Virus record (IMG/VR): IMGVR_UViG_3300028805_000101
Coordinates: 1-64,000 of that record
Strand: one strand, 5' to 3'
Length of the DNA: 64,000 bases
Source: a virus
Lineage: Duplodnaviria > Caudoviricetes
Under the pieces are notes generated by a model. That model was not told the DNA's origin and did no database searches. It was given only the letters and a program-made list of their open reading frames with translations. Both the position numbers and the translations under genes were made by a program. Below are positions 29,232 through 39,075 of the stretch, piece by piece. The first letter of the stretch is position 1, and each line of letters begins with the position of its first letter.

Positions 29232-29763
29232 TAATTACCTCAATTTGTTGCATCTTGAGAATATACTTGACAGACTCTCGGCACTGAGTTTCATCACCAT
29301 TTTCATCAGCCATAAATCCACAACCAGCAAAGTCCATAGTGACCTTCTTGTTAGGATAGCAAGCACGAAGAATTACAGCCTGAGCAAATGGACAAATTGG
29401 ATTTACCGTGCCATAAATTACAAATTCATCAATGTCTTCAGCAAGTCCAAAAATTTCCTTCCATTCAATGTAACCAAAAGTTTCCTTTTCTACAATGATA
29501 GGTGTCTTCGTACAAGCATCAAGCAACACCTTAGCAATTTCAAAACCAGATGTACCTTCAATGCAATGTGGTACAGGTAAATTCTTACCTTCAAATGTTT
29601 CCAAGTAATTGCTATAATGCTTATCCTTGGTGAAAACTACCGGACGTTCAGCATTCTTAATACGATTTGCCACATATCCAAGTTTCTTTTCAAAATTAGG
29701 ATTAGGAAGTGCACCATTGATGAAGTCAATCTGACCATCTACACAAATTTCTTGTTTAGCCAT
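29224..29763 (-). CDS. pncA: nicotinamidase (isochorismatase/cysteine hydrolase family)
   Basis: VDGQIDF (catalytic D), TKDKH and PHC (metal ligands), EKETFG (K), PICP (C). Confidence 0.88.
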   Translation of the reverse strand: MAKQEICVDGQIDFINGALPNPNFEKKLGYVANRIKNAERPVVFTKDKHYSNYLETFEGKNLPVPHCIEGTSGFEIAKVLLDACTKTPIIVEKETFGYIEWKEIFGLAEDIDEFVIYGTVNPICPFAQAVILRACYPNKKVTMDFAGCGFMADENGDETQCRESVKYILKMQQIEVING

Positions 29764-29788
29764 TTTTATCTCCTTATGAAATTGTTAG

Positions 29789-30337
29789 TTAATAAAGTGT
29801 AATGTCCTTATAGAACTGATTGTTAAGTTTTACTGCTTCATCATATTCCATCTTAGCCTTTTTGGTACGATTACGAAGTTTGAATGCAGGAACACTAGAT
29901 TTTACCCATTCAGGCTTATACATGAAAAATTCAAGATTTGGAAATCTTTCATTCATTTCCTTAATGCGGCGTTTCACGATAGCACGATCTTCCTTTCGGA
30001 CAAGTGCAACACCAGTATTTTCTGCAAGATTCCAATCAACATCATAATGGATATGTCTCCATTCAATACTATGGCATCCTTCAACCTTATGTGGTTTTGC
30101 ACCAATAATTACACCAGGCATTCTTTGTTCAATGATTTCTGGGTGTTTCTTGATAAAGGTTTCGTATTGTTGCCTTGTTGCTTGTTCAACAATATATCTT
30201 GGTTCATCAATACCAATGTTATAGCCTTCAGCCAATGTTCTATTGATAGAACGATAATTTACAAGAGTCTTCTTCACATATCTTGCCTGTTCTGGAAAGA
30301 CAATTAGACATTCAGGATATTTACGTTCATCGCACAT
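29789..30337 (-). CDS. hypothetical basic protein
   Basis: ORF track. Confidence 0.65.
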   Translation of the reverse strand: MCDERKYPECLIVFPEQARYVKKTLVNYRSINRTLAEGYNIGIDEPRYIVEQATRQQYETFIKKHPEIIEQRMPGVIIGAKPHKVEGCHSIEWRHIHYDVDWNLAENTGVALVRKEDRAIVKRRIKEMNERFPNLEFFMYKPEWVKSSVPAFKLRNRTKKAKMEYDEAVKLNNQFYKDITLY

Positions 30338-30426
30338 TTTAACTCCTTTTGTTATTTGTTTTAATAAATTTAGTATTTCACATACTTTGTGTCAATTCAA
30401 CATTTGTAATATTTTCATTACATTAG

Positions 30427-32253
30427 TTAAATCCAAGGATTTTTAATGACTTCTACTATTCCATTAGCATCAGTAATGGTAGTATCTCCAATTTCATAAT
30501 TATCACCACCAAACTGTGTTTCAATAGCATTATTTACATTATCATTAAACATTCTATCCATAACAAGTTCTTCTTCAATTCTAGAAGATTCATAAGCATC
30601 CTTCAATTCCTGGTAATCATCATCAGTCAATGTCACATTGACAGTGCAAAGGATTTTCTTCTTACCATTATCAAGTTGTTCATTGTCTAGGATTTCAATA
30701 GAAGCATTAATATTACCACTAGGCTGCGCAGTACTTGCACCAGAATTAGCAGTTGCACTATTGTTAGTAGTTGCATTTGTATTTGTAGAAGAACCATTCG
30801 GCGTTGCAGTACTGCCATTATTAGATACTACATCAACCTGACCAAATGTTTCAATCTTGGCATCTTCATAAACCATGAGAAGACCAATGATTTTAGCATC
30901 GCTCTGCCAATTTCTAGTGAACTTAGTATTGACTGCCCAGACAATTCGTTCAGGATATTCAGGTTCTTCTGTTCCAATGACATTCTTCAATTCGTCAATT
31001 TCAGATGGCATCAAATCTACCTGAACAATCCTCTTATATCTCTTATCATTTGTTTCCAGCACAAGCGTTGTATGTACAAAAGTTTCTTCAAGCGACCCTG
31101 CAGGCTTACCACCAAACTTCGGATCGTTAGTTTGGGCCTTCGTAAAAATATTGTCAAATACCTTATCAGCAGTCGGATTGTTAGAAATTTCCAAACCAAC
31201 ACCAGCAATTATCTTATCGCTACTGGCAATATGGATCTTTCCTTCATAAATGTTTCCACCACCAACATCAATCTGAATGGTGAAACCACGATAACCAACA
31301 TTCTTCGGATATTTCTTCGCATCAACAAGACCCTTGAAACCAACCTGGGCATTGGCATTGAACTTCTTCATAGTGGAGTTCTTGTATTCACGCTTGATAG
31401 ACAAGTTGTATTTTCCACTAAGGACCTTGCTATGTGCAATCGTATATTCAATCCACTGCTTAAGATAGTCAGTGTTAATCTTTTCATCACCGGTCAACGG
31501 AGCAACATTTTCAGGTTCTGTAGAATTGGTTGTTGTCGCAGGTGTAGCCGTTGCCGTTGCAGCATTTGTGGTTGTTGCAGTCTTCTTTGTCTTCTTCTTT
31601 GCGGTAGCCTTCTTTACCTTCTTCACAACAGCACCAGCAACAGTATTCAAATCCAAAATCTGCATAGCCATATATTCATCAATATCCTTGGAATTTGTCA
31701 GTGCAAATTCATGTGTTTCGTTGCTAGAATGTTGGGTAATATCATTTACAGCCAATTCATTCACAAAACGCTTCTTCATATTGCGAACAGCACTAGCAAA
31801 CATCAAATCGGTATTTGACTGTGCCGAAACAAAATCATTGAAGAATGCATAGTTGCTATAATCGGTCTTCATTACAGTCTTCATCATACCATCAATATCA
31901 TAGCCCAGCGGGAATACGAAATACTTGGCATCATCAGGAACTTCAACAATGAAGGAAACCTTGTCGCTGAAGAAATGGTCATTATGCCATTCCGAATGAA
32001 GTTCATCTTTATCATTGAATGTATCATTCAGAACATCAGAGAACCAGGTATAAACATCTGGTGTTTCAGCACCTTCCACAATGAGTGATACTTTAAACGG
32101 GTCATCACTAACAGATGCATGTTTCTTTTCGTCAGGATTCAGATTGTTATAGATATATTCGGCGATGTATTTTTTCGCCTCATCATGAGTTTCATGGAGC
32201 TTGGAGTCAATGATTTGGTGAGCACCATGAGTGATAGTCAAAAATTTTGCCAT
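30427..32253 (-). CDS. 608-aa multidomain hypothetical protein with Lys/Ala/Thr-rich linkers
   Basis: long ORF behind consensus promoter. Confidence 0.8.
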   Translation of the reverse strand: MAKFLTITHGAHQIIDSKLHETHDEAKKYIAEYIYNNLNPDEKKHASVSDDPFKVSLIVEGAETPDVYTWFSDVLNDTFNDKDELHSEWHNDHFFSDKVSFIVEVPDDAKYFVFPLGYDIDGMMKTVMKTDYSNYAFFNDFVSAQSNTDLMFASAVRNMKKRFVNELAVNDITQHSSNETHEFALTNSKDIDEYMAMQILDLNTVAGAVVKKVKKATAKKKTKKTATTTNAATATATPATTTNSTEPENVAPLTGDEKINTDYLKQWIEYTIAHSKVLSGKYNLSIKREYKNSTMKKFNANAQVGFKGLVDAKKYPKNVGYRGFTIQIDVGGGNIYEGKIHIASSDKIIAGVGLEISNNPTADKVFDNIFTKAQTNDPKFGGKPAGSLEETFVHTTLVLETNDKRYKRIVQVDLMPSEIDELKNVIGTEEPEYPERIVWAVNTKFTRNWQSDAKIIGLLMVYEDAKIETFGQVDVVSNNGSTATPNGSSTNTNATTNNSATANSGASTAQPSGNINASIEILDNEQLDNGKKKILCTVNVTLTDDDYQELKDAYESSRIEEELVMDRMFNDNVNNAIETQFGGDNYEIGDTTITDANGIVEVIKNPWI

Positions 32254-32284
32254 AGTTATTCCTTTTGTTGAATTTCTAAGTTTA

Positions 32285-32313
32285 AATATAGAAAATTATT
32301 TATGTTCTGTCAA
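32285..32313 (-). promoter_or_regulatory. early promoter TTGACA-N17-TATATT-TAAACTTAG
   Basis: consensus; TTTACAT 19 nt upstream. Confidence 0.8.
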
Positions 32314-32346
32314 TTTGATTATGAATGAACTTATGTAAATTTTTTG

Positions 32347-32631
32347 TTACATGAAGTCCTTATTCATCTTCATTTTCCTAAGATCAATCTCATGTTGCTT
32401 TAAATGTAGTTGATATTCAGTATATTTTTCAAGAAATAATTTTTCAGTAACATTATCCAAATCCATATAATCTCTATCAAATATAAAGAAAAATCTATCT
32501 GTATCTGTACTATAAACAAATAAATTTCTCTTTATGCCATTTTTGTCAGCGGTTACTGCATATAATGATGGTAATTCAATTGTATATAGACCAAGCTGTT
32601 TAGAATAGTCTAAAATTTCTTGTATAGTCAT
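32347..32631 (-). CDS. DF-tail family small protein
   Basis: C-terminus RKMKMNKDFM. Confidence 0.65.
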   Translation of the reverse strand: MTIQEILDYSKQLGLYTIELPSLYAVTADKNGIKRNLFVYSTDTDRFFFIFDRDYMDLDNVTEKLFLEKYTEYQLHLKQHEIDLRKMKMNKDFM

Positions 32632-32957
32632 TTAAAGTCACCATTAACATCTTCAATCTTATTTTCTATTTCAAACTGTTTATCCAATAGGATAAATTTG
32701 TTTATTTTGTCTTTGGCTTTATCATAGTCATAATACGAATCTGAACCCCAGAAAAGACTTTTCTTGCAATCTATACCTGAAGCAATAAGACACATGTTCT
32801 CATTACATCTATATTGCATTAGAAAGCCTGCATAGTTTTTATACTTAACATTTATCCACTGGTCATTATTAACCGGATGAGTCTTAAATCCAAATTCATT
32901 AACCAATGTATAAAATATTTCTTTCGGATCCATTAGTCTTCTCTCTTCTTCAGCCAA
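32628..32957 (-). CDS. DF-tail family small protein
   Basis: C-terminus KIEDVNGDFK. Confidence 0.65.
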   Translation of the reverse strand: MAEEERRLMDPKEIFYTLVNEFGFKTHPVNNDQWINVKYKNYAGFLMQYRCNENMCLIASGIDCKKSLFWGSDSYYDYDKAKDKINKFILLDKQFEIENKIEDVNGDFK

Positions 32958-33994
32958 TCATCAATAATCTTAGCATGGTGAAAACCAAGTTTAGGCAAAT
33001 TATCCAAGTCAAACCAACGAGCCTCGGCAGCATCATCACTACCAATAGCTTTATTCATTAGTTTCTTTGGAACACGAACCGCAAATGCTGTATCTACTAT
33101 CTTCATTCTAGGGTCAAAATTGTGTCCATAAGTCTTAATTTGGATAAACTTATTCGGTTCCAAATCCAATCCTGTTTCTTCACGAAATTCTCTTGCTGCA
33201 CCATAGTTTAAGTCTTCATCTGTCTTTTCAAAAAATCCCCCTGGAGTACACCAATAATTCTTATATGGGAAATTACCACGGCGAATTAGAAGCACCTGAT
33301 TTCCATTGTATGCCACGATGTCAGTAGTAACGCTAGGTTCACTCCATCCATTCTTTTTCTTCTTTATCGCATAGTCAGCAAGAAATTTCTTTTCTTCATT
33401 TTCATAGTCATTACCATTTTGCCAATACAGTTCATTGTCTTTAATGTATCGGAATGTTTGATGAGCAATAAAGGACTTAACATCATCATAATGGCAATCA
33501 GGATTTCTAGAAAGAATATCTCGCACAGCACTAGAACTAATAAGTTTACTATTGTCAATGTTCACAACAATAGCATCATATTTCTTCGTATCAATGTCAG
33601 AATGTTCTCTACCAACAATCATAAACTTAAATTGCTTAAGAATCAGATCATAATTTACCCATTTGCCAGCAAGCAATGACTTCCATTCATCTTCACCTAT
33701 GCAGATTATTATATCTTTAGCAGTAATTCCTTGCATTTTCGTGTAATCAGATAGGAACTTATATGTACGATGATTTTGTGAAAATATCTGATAACTATTC
33801 TTAATCTTTTCTGCCACGATTTTCTGAACCATGTTCATTCTATCAGTGAATGAACACTTATAATTCTTTTCATCATTATTCGCAACACCAATAATAAGTG
33901 AATCAGACTTATTCATAGTTTCACGAATAGTCTTCAAAATATCAATATGAGCATTAGTTACTGGGTCAAAACTTCCGCCATAAAAATAAATCAT
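32933..33994 (-). CDS. nadD: bifunctional NadD-type nicotinate/nicotinamide-nucleotide adenylyltransferase + Nudix (ADP-ribose pyrophosphatase-like)
   Basis: YGGSFDPVTNAH and ISSSAVR; C-terminal PSVTTDIV...LLIRR...PGGF...AREFREETG, DPR, GSDDA..A.WF. Confidence 0.9.
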   Translation of the reverse strand: MIYFYGGSFDPVTNAHIDILKTIRETMNKSDSLIIGVANNDEKNYKCSFTDRMNMVQKIVAEKIKNSYQIFSQNHRTYKFLSDYTKMQGITAKDIIICIGEDEWKSLLAGKWVNYDLILKQFKFMIVGREHSDIDTKKYDAIVVNIDNSKLISSSAVRDILSRNPDCHYDDVKSFIAHQTFRYIKDNELYWQNGNDYENEEKKFLADYAIKKKKNGWSEPSVTTDIVAYNGNQVLLIRRGNFPYKNYWCTPGGFFEKTDEDLNYGAAREFREETGLDLEPNKFIQIKTYGHNFDPRMKIVDTAFAVRVPKKLMNKAIGSDDAAEARWFDLDNLPKLGFHHAKIIDDWLKKRED

Positions 33995-34438
33995 TTAATT
34001 TCCTCCAGGTCCTTTATGTTGAGGCTGTTCTTGAAATGCTTGTTGCTTGGTTGCTTTCATCCAATTGTCAATAGCGGCCAAAATATCCTTTTCATTTGGA
34101 CTATATCCCCAAGTTTCACCTCGTTCATCAAAAGCGTAATATGTGTCTCGGTTAAGATTAGCGGATGTAGTGTAGTTTTCAATTCGGATATATCGCATTG
34201 GATAAGGTCTTCCAGTCTTTATTCCGACAATCCGACCATCCTTCGTAATAATTTGTTCTTGCTTATTGTCAAGAATTTGTTCAAGTGTCTGTTCCTGTTT
34301 TGGTTCTTCATTTTGAACATGTTTTTCATTTACATAGTCATTCCAGTTTGGTGTTTCCATTGTTACTCCATAGTTATTGTTATTTTCCTTACCTTGGCAT
34401 CTGTCAAATCCATTTTTATAGACCAACTTTCCTGCCAA
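33995..34438 (-). CDS. hypothetical protein
   Basis: ORF track. Confidence 0.55.
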   Translation of the reverse strand: MAGKLVYKNGFDRCQGKENNNNYGVTMETPNWNDYVNEKHVQNEEPKQEQTLEQILDNKQEQIITKDGRIVGIKTGRPYPMRYIRIENYTTSANLNRDTYYAFDERGETWGYSPNEKDILAAIDNWMKATKQQAFQEQPQHKGPGGN

Positions 34439-34587
34439 TTTTTTAAAGTTCTTTCTGCAACATTGCGGTCAGTAAATCCAGCCGATGAAAAAATATTATC
34501 AGTCAATTTCAATCCAAAATGAGTTTCTGTAATATAACGAATTACTCCATCTATGGTTTTTGTTATGATATAATATTCTTTTTTCAT
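34363..34587 (-). CDS. hypothetical protein
   Basis: start re-called at MKKEYY after GAGG SD. Confidence 0.55.
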   Translation of the reverse strand: MKKEYYIITKTIDGVIRYITETHFGLKLTDNIFSSAGFTDRNVAERTLKNWQESWSIKMDLTDAKVRKITITME

Positions 34588-34603
34588 TGATACCTCTAAT
34601 ATA

Positions 34604-34632
34604 AATATATAAAAAATTGCACATTCTGTCAA
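34604..34632 (-). promoter_or_regulatory. early promoter TTGACA-N17-TATATT
   Basis: consensus; TTTACAT 18 nt upstream. Confidence 0.75.
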
Positions 34633-34670
34633 TGTGCAATAAGTTAATACATGTAAAAAATTTTTAACAA

Positions 34671-35102
34671 TTAGTCAAAATCACTAAGGAAATTGTTTTT
34701 ACTTATCTTGGTATTTTTTGCTTTTAGATAAATGTTGTATTCCTTAATTCTCTTCAGAATATTTTCGTTCTTGACTATGATTATTGTTTTATAACCTTTA
34801 TCCTTATGAGTAATTTCATAACCTTTGGAACACTTCATAATTACGAATGGATAGTTAGGATGCTTCCACTCATGGTTATTGAATGACCAGCCATTACCAG
34901 TTAGAATTTCATTTCCTTTCTCATAAAATGAATCATTGTTCAAATATGATTTTAATTGTCTAGCGGCCTCTGATGCCGCCAATTCACTCATTAACTTTCG
35001 TTTCTTTTTGTCTTCAACATAACCTTTTTCATAAGGAGAAAAGAACTTCTTTATGCTGTTAATTTTTTGTTCTAACCAATTACAAAATTTGTCATATGAC
35101 AT
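34671..35102 (-). CDS. DF-tail family protein
   Basis: C-terminus SKNNFLSDFD. Confidence 0.6.
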   Translation of the reverse strand: MSYDKFCNWLEQKINSIKKFFSPYEKGYVEDKKKRKLMSELAASEAARQLKSYLNNDSFYEKGNEILTGNGWSFNNHEWKHPNYPFVIMKCSKGYEITHKDKGYKTIIIVKNENILKRIKEYNIYLKAKNTKISKNNFLSDFD

Positions 35103-35116
35103 TGTTTTTTTACTCC

Positions 35117-35569
35117 TTAGATTAATCCTTGTTCATAATGTTCAATACATTCTTTAACTATTGGGCCTAATGACCTATAAAACATATTCGTATCATTTAC
35201 CCAATGGTACTTAATGACTTCAGGCACATTATTACCAAATCTATTTTCAAACATTGAATTGCATTTTAGAGCTGTAATATCAATATCATCAACAATTAAG
35301 TATAAATGCAAATCCTTCTTCGGAATATATTGGAAAATTCCACAATCATGTATTTTTTGGTCAGTAATTCTTAAACCGGTTTCTTCATATAGTTCACGAA
35401 TTGCCGCTTCTAAGTGTGTTTCGCCATTTTCTACATGACCTTTAGGAATATCACAATTATATTCTTTAAACGATCTGCCATATGCCTGACAAGCCAAAAT
35501 TTGACTTTCATCATTCTTATTCAATATGACAAATCCACAACTAATTTCTTTCATATTACAAATATACAA
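35117..35569 (-). CDS. Nudix hydrolase
   Basis: PKGHVENGETHLEAAIRELYEETGL canonical Nudix box. Confidence 0.92.
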   Translation of the reverse strand: MYICNMKEISCGFVILNKNDESQILACQAYGRSFKEYNCDIPKGHVENGETHLEAAIRELYEETGLRITDQKIHDCGIFQYIPKKDLHLYLIVDDIDITALKCNSMFENRFGNNVPEVIKYHWVNDTNMFYRSLGPIVKECIEHYEQGLI

Positions 35570-35926
35570 TTATTTCTGCATAGTGTCAACTGTGAAATCT
35601 AAAGCAATCTCACATTCTCTAATACATTGTGCAAATTTTTTCCTATATTTCTCAATTAAAGCATCTTCCTTTATACTGGGCGGCAATCTATATCTACTAA
35701 GTTCATAGTCAAATTCTCTATCAAGGTCTGTAATTTTTTTAGCAATCTTTGCATATTTAAATTCATTGACCTTTATATTTCTAAAATTATCATACACCAT
35801 CAAACTTGAAATATAGTTGTATAGCAACTTTATTCTTATAGCTGGATCTGCACCAGCAGAATCAATAAAATCCTGTTTTTGTTTTTTGACTATGTAGGCA
35901 TATTTTTCTAGTTTAAAATCACTCAT
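35570..35926 (-). CDS. hypothetical protein
   Basis: ORF track. Confidence 0.6.
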   Translation of the reverse strand: MSDFKLEKYAYIVKKQKQDFIDSAGADPAIRIKLLYNYISSLMVYDNFRNIKVNEFKYAKIAKKITDLDREFDYELSRYRLPPSIKEDALIEKYRKKFAQCIRECEIALDFTVDTMQK

Positions 35927-36318
35927 AATGTATATTTTATAGTAAATTTTTTCGCCAAAATTTCACTTGTTTTAATGATATAACTATCTGCACAGCCTCT
36001 CGGATTTTCCATAAATGAACCAGTAATCTTAAAAGAATCTAACAATAAATCAAAGGCTTGTTGAACAATATCATCAAACATTTCTTTGTTAGACCAGAAC
36101 ATATAGAATGGAAAATTGTTTTTATCTAAAGACCAAGTTATTGCTCTAACAATCAAATCACCTCGTTCCCAACACATTCTAGCTCGCCAAGCATTTTTTT
36201 GGTCATACAAAAAAATTGCTATTTCAGTCTTTACTTCTTTTAACAATCTATAACGAAATTCATCGTCTGCTGTGCGATAATCCATCATAATCTTTACACC
36301 CGGTCCTTTATATTTCAT
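35923..36318 (-). CDS. hypothetical protein
   Basis: ORF track. Confidence 0.6.
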   Translation of the reverse strand: MKYKGPGVKIMMDYRTADDEFRYRLLKEVKTEIAIFLYDQKNAWRARMCWERGDLIVRAITWSLDKNNFPFYMFWSNKEMFDDIVQQAFDLLLDSFKITGSFMENPRGCADSYIIKTSEILAKKFTIKYTL

Positions 36319-36323
36319 AAAAT

Positions 36324-36351
36324 AAAAAAGGCGGTCATATTTCAGACCGCC
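36324..36351 (-). terminator. intrinsic terminator GGCGGTC-TGAAATAT-GACCGCC-TTTTTT
   Basis: 7-bp stem plus U tract directly after pncB. Confidence 0.85.
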
Positions 36352-36360
36352 ATTATTTTG

Positions 36361-37743
36361 TTAGACAGCCATTGGTGTGTAAATATCCTTTAACCATACA
36401 TCCTGGAATGCAGGTAGAATCTGGACAATTTCACTAACCAACATATCATCAATGGACTTATAGTCATAGACCTGACGAACATAGTTATTATATTCCTCAT
36501 TCTGACATAGAGTTTTACCATTACTATCGCTGAGTTTCGTGACAGGTTTTCCATTGACTTCAACAACCTTCATAACCATAGACAGAGGTTTCTTCTTTGT
36601 ACCACAGATAGTAGCACCAAGATATGTACCAATGCCAAACGAAACCTTGATACGATTATTGAAGTGCTTAGCAATAGCCAAGGCCTTATTAATATCCAGC
36701 GAATCAGACCAACATCCAACCTTGGTTCTTGGGTCAATGCCAATCTTCTTGTAGTATGCAATCAGCATTTCACCCCAACGAATCGGGTCACCAGAATCAT
36801 GACGGCATCCATCAAAGAGCTTTGCAAATTTCAAACCAAAGTCATTCAAGAAACTCTTGAAACCAAAGTTGTCGCTCAATGCAATACCAAGCGAACCATC
36901 ATATTCAGTAGACCAGTCTTCCATGACCTTCTTCTGTGCCATAGCAACAGGAACATCAGCAAGACCCTGATATGTTGCATAGAGTTCATGTGCGAAGGTT
37001 CCAATTGGCTTACATTTATGCTTCCAAGCAAGATAAACATTGGATGTTCCAACAAAGGCAGGACACATGGCAGTCATACGACCGACCATATAATCTTCCC
37101 ATTCACTAGAAATAGTACGGCGAACAGAGAAGTCTGCAATCGTGAAATTGATGCCAGCACGAGTTGCCGCATTAATCTTAGCAATTTCCTTATCCAATGC
37201 ATCGCTAGCCTTTTCAAAATCAATCTTTTCATCAGCCATCCAAAGTGCCTGAATGATATGAAGAACATAGATTTCAAACGGAGAAACATTTTTCTGTGGA
37301 CCTTCGGCTTCAACAAACAATGTAGTATTCTTCTTATCAGAATACACCTTGATGTATCTACGCTTTAACTGGAAATCTTCAAGGAATTCAATGTAGTCCT
37401 TCTTGAACCACGAGAATGAAGCCATATAATCCAATTCAAATTGCTGGAATCGTAGTGTGCAAATCCAATCAAGTTCTTCGTTGATACGATTGATGAACTT
37501 AGTGAGATTTACTCCCTTTGTTCTACACTTAAATTCCCATTTAGCCTGTTCATTTGGGCGGCGATGAAAATAGAACTGTTGCTGAGAGAACTTATACAAG
37601 TCCGTTTCAGTTAGGAAATTGATAATATGCTTATGAGCATAAAAATCTGCACCATCTTGTACCTTTAGGCGTGTTGGTTGCTTTGCCTTTTCAGGCTTCT
37701 TTGTGGGAGTTTTCTTTGTTGTATTTTTCTTTTTACTAGACAT
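36361..37743 (-). CDS. pncB: nicotinate phosphoribosyltransferase
   Basis: ETDLYKF, DFSVRR, GTSNV, GTFAHE (phospho-His), RHDSGDP, SFGIGT, KLSD. Confidence 0.95.
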   Translation of the reverse strand: MSSKKKNTTKKTPTKKPEKAKQPTRLKVQDGADFYAHKHIINFLTETDLYKFSQQQFYFHRRPNEQAKWEFKCRTKGVNLTKFINRINEELDWICTLRFQQFELDYMASFSWFKKDYIEFLEDFQLKRRYIKVYSDKKNTTLFVEAEGPQKNVSPFEIYVLHIIQALWMADEKIDFEKASDALDKEIAKINAATRAGINFTIADFSVRRTISSEWEDYMVGRMTAMCPAFVGTSNVYLAWKHKCKPIGTFAHELYATYQGLADVPVAMAQKKVMEDWSTEYDGSLGIALSDNFGFKSFLNDFGLKFAKLFDGCRHDSGDPIRWGEMLIAYYKKIGIDPRTKVGCWSDSLDINKALAIAKHFNNRIKVSFGIGTYLGATICGTKKKPLSMVMKVVEVNGKPVTKLSDSNGKTLCQNEEYNNYVRQVYDYKSIDDMLVSEIVQILPAFQDVWLKDIYTPMAV

Positions 37744-37776
37744 AGTATATAACCTCTCAGTTTTATTATTTTAATA

Positions 37777-38457
37777 TTAACAAAGATCCTTCAAAATGTC
37801 AATGTTTTTTTGAAAAATAACTTTCATTTTATCTAAATGTAAATGTTTTTCATTGCTTAGCTGTTTAATTTGTTCTTTCAATAGATTAATTTCTTGTTCT
37901 TTAGCTTTAATAATATCACTATATTCAATAATTCCTTTATTATGAATTAACTTATTAAACTGGTCTATATTGTCCTTACTGGCATTAAAAGCCTTTTTAA
38001 TTGCTTTAACCAAAGAATCAATGTTTGTGACTTCAAAGTCAATAGGAACATTTGTCATATTAAAATATTTCGCAGTAAATTTATCAAAATAAACTTCTTT
38101 ACTGCCAAGTATACTATAAAATATGTTAAAATCTATCTTATCAAATAAAAGTCTATTATAATTAAGATTAGTCAAATGGACAACCTTATCACTCATTGTC
38201 TTATCAAATACAGCCGAACAATATATCATATTACACTTATCATTAATATATGATACATCCATAAAATCATTATCTACATTAAAGAATTTTATAGGAAAAG
38301 ACAATTTGATAGTAGTATTAGAACATTCCACAATATTCACTGGTACACTATTGACTTTTAAAGGTAAAACATCTTTACATTTTTCCTTGAAAATTTTGCC
38401 AATTCTATGTAAATATTCTCGGTCATTTGCTGTAATATTATCTATTGTCTTTGTCAT
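37777..38457 (-). CDS. hypothetical protein
   Basis: ORF track. Confidence 0.6.
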   Translation of the reverse strand: MTKTIDNITANDREYLHRIGKIFKEKCKDVLPLKVNSVPVNIVECSNTTIKLSFPIKFFNVDNDFMDVSYINDKCNMIYCSAVFDKTMSDKVVHLTNLNYNRLLFDKIDFNIFYSILGSKEVYFDKFTAKYFNMTNVPIDFEVTNIDSLVKAIKKAFNASKDNIDQFNKLIHNKGIIEYSDIIKAKEQEINLLKEQIKQLSNEKHLHLDKMKVIFQKNIDILKDLC

Positions 38458-39074
38458 ACAAAATCCTTCATCATTTGTCTCTTTCGCTTTAAATCTAATG
38501 CTTCCTTTTTCTGCTTTTGTGTTAAAGCAGCCATGATATTTCGCTTACTATGCATCAATTTTTTAATTTGTTGGTCAATATCATTCATCTTATCATACAT
38601 AACTTTATAATTATTGAAATCATCTATTGTATTCTGATTATTGCACCAATCATTAAATGCAGAAATATTATTATAAACTGTATTTAATATCTTATCTAAA
38701 GTAATTATCAAGGTATTTATTTTTGAAAAATCCTTCCACACACTAATACAAATAATATTAAATATATTACTTGACAGCTTAGTTGTAATACCATTTTTAT
38801 TTGCCCAATAATTATAAAGTTCGTACTTACTACTAACAGAAAGAAAATTAGGATTTTGTAATGTATGGATAGACAATCTACACTTTTTATTCTTAAATGG
38901 TGTTATAAAACAACAACACGAAGTATTATTTAACAAATTACCAAATTTTTTAAATGGTTCTGTCTTCTTAAAATTAATGTACAGCTCATCAATATTATTT
39001 TTTCTTTCTAAGACAATATCAGTATTTCTAAACTTATGTTTTTTAAGTTCACAGAACAATGAATAAAAATCCAT
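38454..39074 (-). CDS. DF-tail family protein
   Basis: C-terminus KRQMMKDFV. Confidence 0.6.
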   Translation of the reverse strand: MDFYSLFCELKKHKFRNTDIVLERKNNIDELYINFKKTEPFKKFGNLLNNTSCCCFITPFKNKKCRLSIHTLQNPNFLSVSSKYELYNYWANKNGITTKLSSNIFNIICISVWKDFSKINTLIITLDKILNTVYNNISAFNDWCNNQNTIDDFNNYKVMYDKMNDIDQQIKKLMHSKRNIMAALTQKQKKEALDLKRKRQMMKDFV

Positions 39075-39075
39075 A

